NCBI GenBank assembly: GCA_965224705.1
Contig: OZ245056.1
Location: 1,632,001-1,696,000 of the forward strand
Source: Spirochaetaceae bacterium
Lineage (GTDB): Bacteria > Spirochaetota > Spirochaetia > DSM-2461
DNA: 64,000 bases
Reading direction: 5' to 3'
Position 1 is the first letter of the stretch, and each line of letters begins with the position of its first letter. A program made the translations under genes and the position numbers. The notes below the pieces were generated by a model. That model ran no database searches. It saw only the letters and a program-made list of their open reading frames with translations, and was not told the origin of the DNA. This document shows positions 60,411 to 64,000 of the stretch, one piece after another.

Positions 60411-61136
60411 ATGATTGAACTTGATGGCATAGGAAAAAACTATGATCTGGAGGCGGTTCAGGTTAAGGCCCTGGACGGCATCTCTCTGAAAATTGAAAGC
60501 GGTGAGTATGTGGCGGTTATGGGGGCCTCCGGGTCGGGCAAGTCCACCCTGATGCACATACTGGGCATTCTGGATCTTCCCACTTCGGGCAGCTACAAAC
60601 TGGAGGGTTACGATGTGACGCGGCTGCCGGATAAGGAGCAGGCCCGTATACGCAACAAGCACTTTGGGTTTGTGTTTCAGAGCTTTAATCTGTTTTCGGA
60701 ATTGAGCTCCATGGAAAATGTTATGCTGCCCATGAGCTACGCGGGAGTCTCCCACACGAAACGCCGTGAGAGGGCCGCCCAGTTGTTAAGCGATGTGGGA
60801 CTGGAACACCGCCTGCATCATTTGCCGACCATGCTGAGCGGCGGTGAACAGCAGCGTGTGGCTATTGCCCGCGCCCTGGCCAATACCCCCGGCCTTATTC
60901 TGGCGGATGAACCGACAGGCAACCTGCCCTCCGGCAAGGGCGAGGAGGTATTACAGATTCTGGAAAATCTGAACCGCCAGGGGGTAACAATTATTATGGT
61001 GACCCACAACGAGGATCAGGGTCGGCGCGCCCATCGGCGCATCCATATCACGGACGGCAAACTCCACAGCGACGACAAGCAGGTGAATACGGCAGCCGGA
61101 ACGTCCGCGGCCGAGGCAATGAGAGAGGCAAAATGA
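60411..61136 (+). CDS. MacB/LolD-type ABC ATP-binding protein
   Basis: Motifs [23 protein letters not shown] and LADEPTGNL. Confidence 0.95.
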   Translation: MIELDGIGKNYDLEAVQVKALDGISLKIESGEYVAVMGASGSGKSTLMHILGILDLPTSGSYKLEGYDVTRLPDKEQARIRNKHFGFVFQSFNLFSELSSMENVMLPMSYAGVSHTKRRERAAQLLSDVGLEHRLHHLPTMLSGGEQQRVAIARALANTPGLILADEPTGNLPSGKGEEVLQILENLNRQGVTIIMVTHNEDQGRRAHRRIHITDGKLHSDDKQVNTAAGTSAAEAMREAK

Positions 61137-62485
61137 AACGCGGAGAAGATTTACTGTTGAGCACGCGTTCTGTCAGCAGCCGCGTTGTGGAATCCGTTCT
61201 TCTGGTGGCGGCCATTGCCCTGGGCATCGGGGCCGCTGGCGCCGGTATTGCCATGATGGCCGGAACAGCCTCCCAGAGCAAAAAGCTGCTGGCCCTGCCC
61301 GAGTACCGGGAAATTGTGGTGAGTACCCGAACCGATACCGAAGAGATGGATATTCCGGCCATTGCCATCAGCGACGACAGCAGCGATGTTGTACTGACCA
61401 CCATTGATCTAAAGGCCGCGGACGAAGCCCCCGATGTCCGTTACGCCTATGTGGCCAACCGCACCCGCTTCCATCTGGGAGACTTCCAGTTTGGGCGGGG
61501 ACAGGCAGCCGGACAAAATACAGACGGGACTGGTTCAAGTGGTGCTGATTCCGGCGGTGCTGGTTCCCCAGATACCGGGGACGATGGGTCAGACCGTACT
61601 GCCGATTCTTCCGATTCGGAAAACCAGGCAGAGATGTCCCGCTTCGACGAATTGGACGGCTACGAGGTAAGTCCGGAATTTTTTGCGTCCAACGGCATGA
61701 ATGCCGCCGAGGGCAGCCTCTTTACAGCGGATGACATGATTTCTGGCGAACCAATGCTTATCTACGGCGCGGCTCTGGCCCGGGACATGAACGGTGCCGT
61801 GGGCGAGCAGATTATGGTTCGGGGAGAAATGAGAACCGTTGTGGGAATACTGGCCCCCACCGGCACCAACTACGACAAGATGGCCTTCGCTCCCACGATT
61901 ATGCTGGATTTGCAGGGGTTGACGGAAGTCCCCCGCCGTTACCGGCGGTGGGGATCTACCCTGCGGTTCTCGGTGGACGATGTGAACCGGCTGGAACAGG
62001 CCCGCAGCCAGTTGGAAACATGGTTCAGCCGAACTTACGGCCCCGGCGCGATAAGCATTACCGTACCCCGTGCCGAGGCCGAGGCGGCTAAGATACGGGC
62101 CTCACGGCTGGCCGCTGTGGTTCTGTTTCTGTCTCTGGCCGGACTGTTCATAGCGGCGGTCAACGTGTCCAACATTCTTTACAGCCGAATGGTGAGACGG
62201 CACCGCGATGTGGGCATACTGAAGGCATTGGGGGCCTCCATGCGGGATGTGTTTCGTCTTTTCTTCAGCGAAGCAATGCTGCTGGGTGTTCTGGGCGCGG
62301 CAGTGGGCATAGGTGTTTCCGTCCTGCTTTCCCGCCTGATGGTGAACACACTGGGCTTTGAGAAGATTTCAGTTATTGTCCTGGCACTGGGTATAATCGG
62401 CGCATGGTTGCTGACAGTGATTTTGACAGTATTTCCGGCGCTGCAGGCGGCCCGTGTACCGGCGGCTGAGGCCATGAGAGAATAG
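61133..62485 (+). CDS. FtsX-like/MacB ABC permease
   Basis: TM1, a large periplasmic domain, RDVGILKALGA and three C-terminal TM segments. Confidence 0.9.
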   Translation: MKRGEDLLLSTRSVSSRVVESVLLVAAIALGIGAAGAGIAMMAGTASQSKKLLALPEYREIVVSTRTDTEEMDIPAIAISDDSSDVVLTTIDLKAADEAPDVRYAYVANRTRFHLGDFQFGRGQAAGQNTDGTGSSGADSGGAGSPDTGDDGSDRTADSSDSENQAEMSRFDELDGYEVSPEFFASNGMNAAEGSLFTADDMISGEPMLIYGAALARDMNGAVGEQIMVRGEMRTVVGILAPTGTNYDKMAFAPTIMLDLQGLTEVPRRYRRWGSTLRFSVDDVNRLEQARSQLETWFSRTYGPGAISITVPRAEAEAAKIRASRLAAVVLFLSLAGLFIAAVNVSNILYSRMVRRHRDVGILKALGASMRDVFRLFFSEAMLLGVLGAAVGIGVSVLLSRLMVNTLGFEKISVIVLALGIIGAWLLTVILTVFPALQAARVPAAEAMRE

Positions 62486-62494
62486 GAGAAAATC

Positions 62495-63820
62495 ATGAAA
62501 ATTATTCGCAGTGTACTGCGGGGCATCGCCGCCTCGCCGGGAAAAAATCTTTTGACCGTCTTCACGGTTGGGGCCGGAGTGGGCGTATTGATTCTGGCTT
62601 TGAGTTTGAGTTCATTCTTTTCCAGCCTGGTCGAAAAACAACTTTCTTCCAATGGAACAATCATCACATTTGCCAATGGCACATTGGATGCCAACGGCCA
62701 GGTGAGCCGAGCCCGACCCGCCCAGTTTGATGAAAATGTTATGGACATCGTCCAAAGCGAGGTGGCGGGAGTGTCGGCCATTTCGCCCATCGACACACCT
62801 CCATGGCAGACAATGCGTATCGATAACCGTAACTATCAGATTCGCAGTGCCATTGGCGTATCGGGAGATTATTTTGACGTAATGGGATTGACGATGGCCA
62901 TTGGTCAGCCTTTTAGTGACGAGGATATACGGCTGGCCAATAAAAAGGCCATTGTTACCCGCAATTTGGCCGAGCAGCTCTTTGGTTCCGCCGACGCGGC
63001 TCTGGGCAAAACAGTGCAGCCTCCCAGCTTTGGCCCTCCACCGGACCAGAACCAGGCCAACGCGGCAGTGCCCAGTATACAAACTTTTGTTATTCAGGGT
63101 GTGATGGAAAACCCCGACGAAGTACAGCGGCGGGCCTACGGTGTGGCCGACATAATGGTTCCCTACACCGCCGCCTTGCCTGAAGCCATGCGGAACAGCA
63201 GTTTTTTCAGCATGGGTTTTCTTTTGGCCACCCAGGTTATCCGGGTAGAAGGAGCCAGCCTGTCCACCGTTTCAGCCCAGCTGAACGAAGTACTCACCCG
63301 TGCCTACGGGGAAGATCTGGAACTGCTGGTGTGGGAGGGAACACCTGATGGCGAATCCGCGTGGCTGGAAGAAGCCCGTCAAACCATTGCCACCTTTAAC
63401 CTGGTTATCAACCTGTTGGGATTTGTCCTGTTAGTCACCGGAGCCATCGGCATACTGAGCATAATGCTGGTAGAAACCCTGGGAAGAAGCAGGCAGATTG
63501 CCCTGGAACGGTCATTCGGAGCATCAAAGGGCCGGATTGTCGGGGAATTCTTTGCCCGTTCGGCAGCACTGAGCCTGATCAGTGCCTTTGTCGGGTTAAT
63601 CCTTAGCCTGATATTCGCCAGTCCCCTGAAGTTAGTTCTGGAACCGGTGCTGACGGGTGCGGGACTTGGCGGCGCGGTAACCAACGGCGATTTACTCATA
63701 ACCCTGCCTTCCATTCTGATAGCCTTTGCCGCGTCGGTTGTGATTGGCGGTGTGTTCGGGATATTCCCGGTCATGTCCAATCTAAAAGTACCAATCTCAG
63801 ACGGGATTCGGGATTTATAG
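62495..63820 (+). CDS. FtsX-like/MacB ABC permease
   Basis: Same topology; GILSIMLV...ERSFGA. Confidence 0.9.
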   Translation: MKIIRSVLRGIAASPGKNLLTVFTVGAGVGVLILALSLSSFFSSLVEKQLSSNGTIITFANGTLDANGQVSRARPAQFDENVMDIVQSEVAGVSAISPIDTPPWQTMRIDNRNYQIRSAIGVSGDYFDVMGLTMAIGQPFSDEDIRLANKKAIVTRNLAEQLFGSADAALGKTVQPPSFGPPPDQNQANAAVPSIQTFVIQGVMENPDEVQRRAYGVADIMVPYTAALPEAMRNSSFFSMGFLLATQVIRVEGASLSTVSAQLNEVLTRAYGEDLELLVWEGTPDGESAWLEEARQTIATFNLVINLLGFVLLVTGAIGILSIMLVETLGRSRQIALERSFGASKGRIVGEFFARSAALSLISAFVGLILSLIFASPLKLVLEPVLTGAGLGGAVTNGDLLITLPSILIAFAASVVIGGVFGIFPVMSNLKVPISDGIRDL

Positions 63821-63862
63821 GACGCCGTTGTGGATTCAAACACAGACGACAGGAGTTGGAAG

Positions 63863-64000
63863 TTGAAAATCAAATTAGCCGGACTGGTTTTGCTCTTTTT
63901 CGCCATGTCTGCCGGTGCAATGGATCAGCTGTCTCTAGAAGAAACGGCCCTCAAGGCTCAGGCGGAGAACCCGCAGGTACTCAAATCCATGAGAGCCGCG
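63863..64000 (+). CDS. Probable TolC-family outer membrane protein (partial)
   Basis: TTG start after AGGAG, a signal peptide and LSLEETALKAQAENPQV; fits the operon context. Confidence 0.65.
   Translation, partial: MKIKLAGLVLLFFAMSAGAMDQLSLEETALKAQAENPQVLKSMRAA

Overview
Bacterial chromosomal window, most consistent with a Spirochaetaceae genome (inferred from gene repertoire: mevalonate genes, spirochaete-type lipoproteins, a Bdr-like protein; not proven). Intact metabolic blocks are IDI-2/HMG-CoA synthase, aminopeptidase P, ilvD, an ECF sigma, RecQ, APS reductase, a 13-gene anaerobic purine-degradation operon at 33.5-52.9 kb and a MacAB-TolC-like exporter. They alternate with heavily rearranged accessory regions (10.4-28.4 kb and 53.1-59 kb) full of IS debris, MITEs and pseudogenes. 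Highlights: (1) a tandem array of three 590-aa AAA-ATPase/PD-(D/E)XK genes with block-mosaic variable segments, each with the same hairpin spacer and leaderless promoter, plus three further copies or remnants; (2) a group II intron nested in a MITE that splits an Rpn nuclease gene; (3) an inversion between two ISAs1-like MITEs, shown by swapped target-site duplications; (4) MITEs that share one core but carry different terminal repeats; (5) an FGE/CLec lipoprotein whose C-terminus looks like a DGR variable region with no template in the window; (6) a candidate sigma28-dependent small RNA. All calls come from reading the sequence; no database searches were run.
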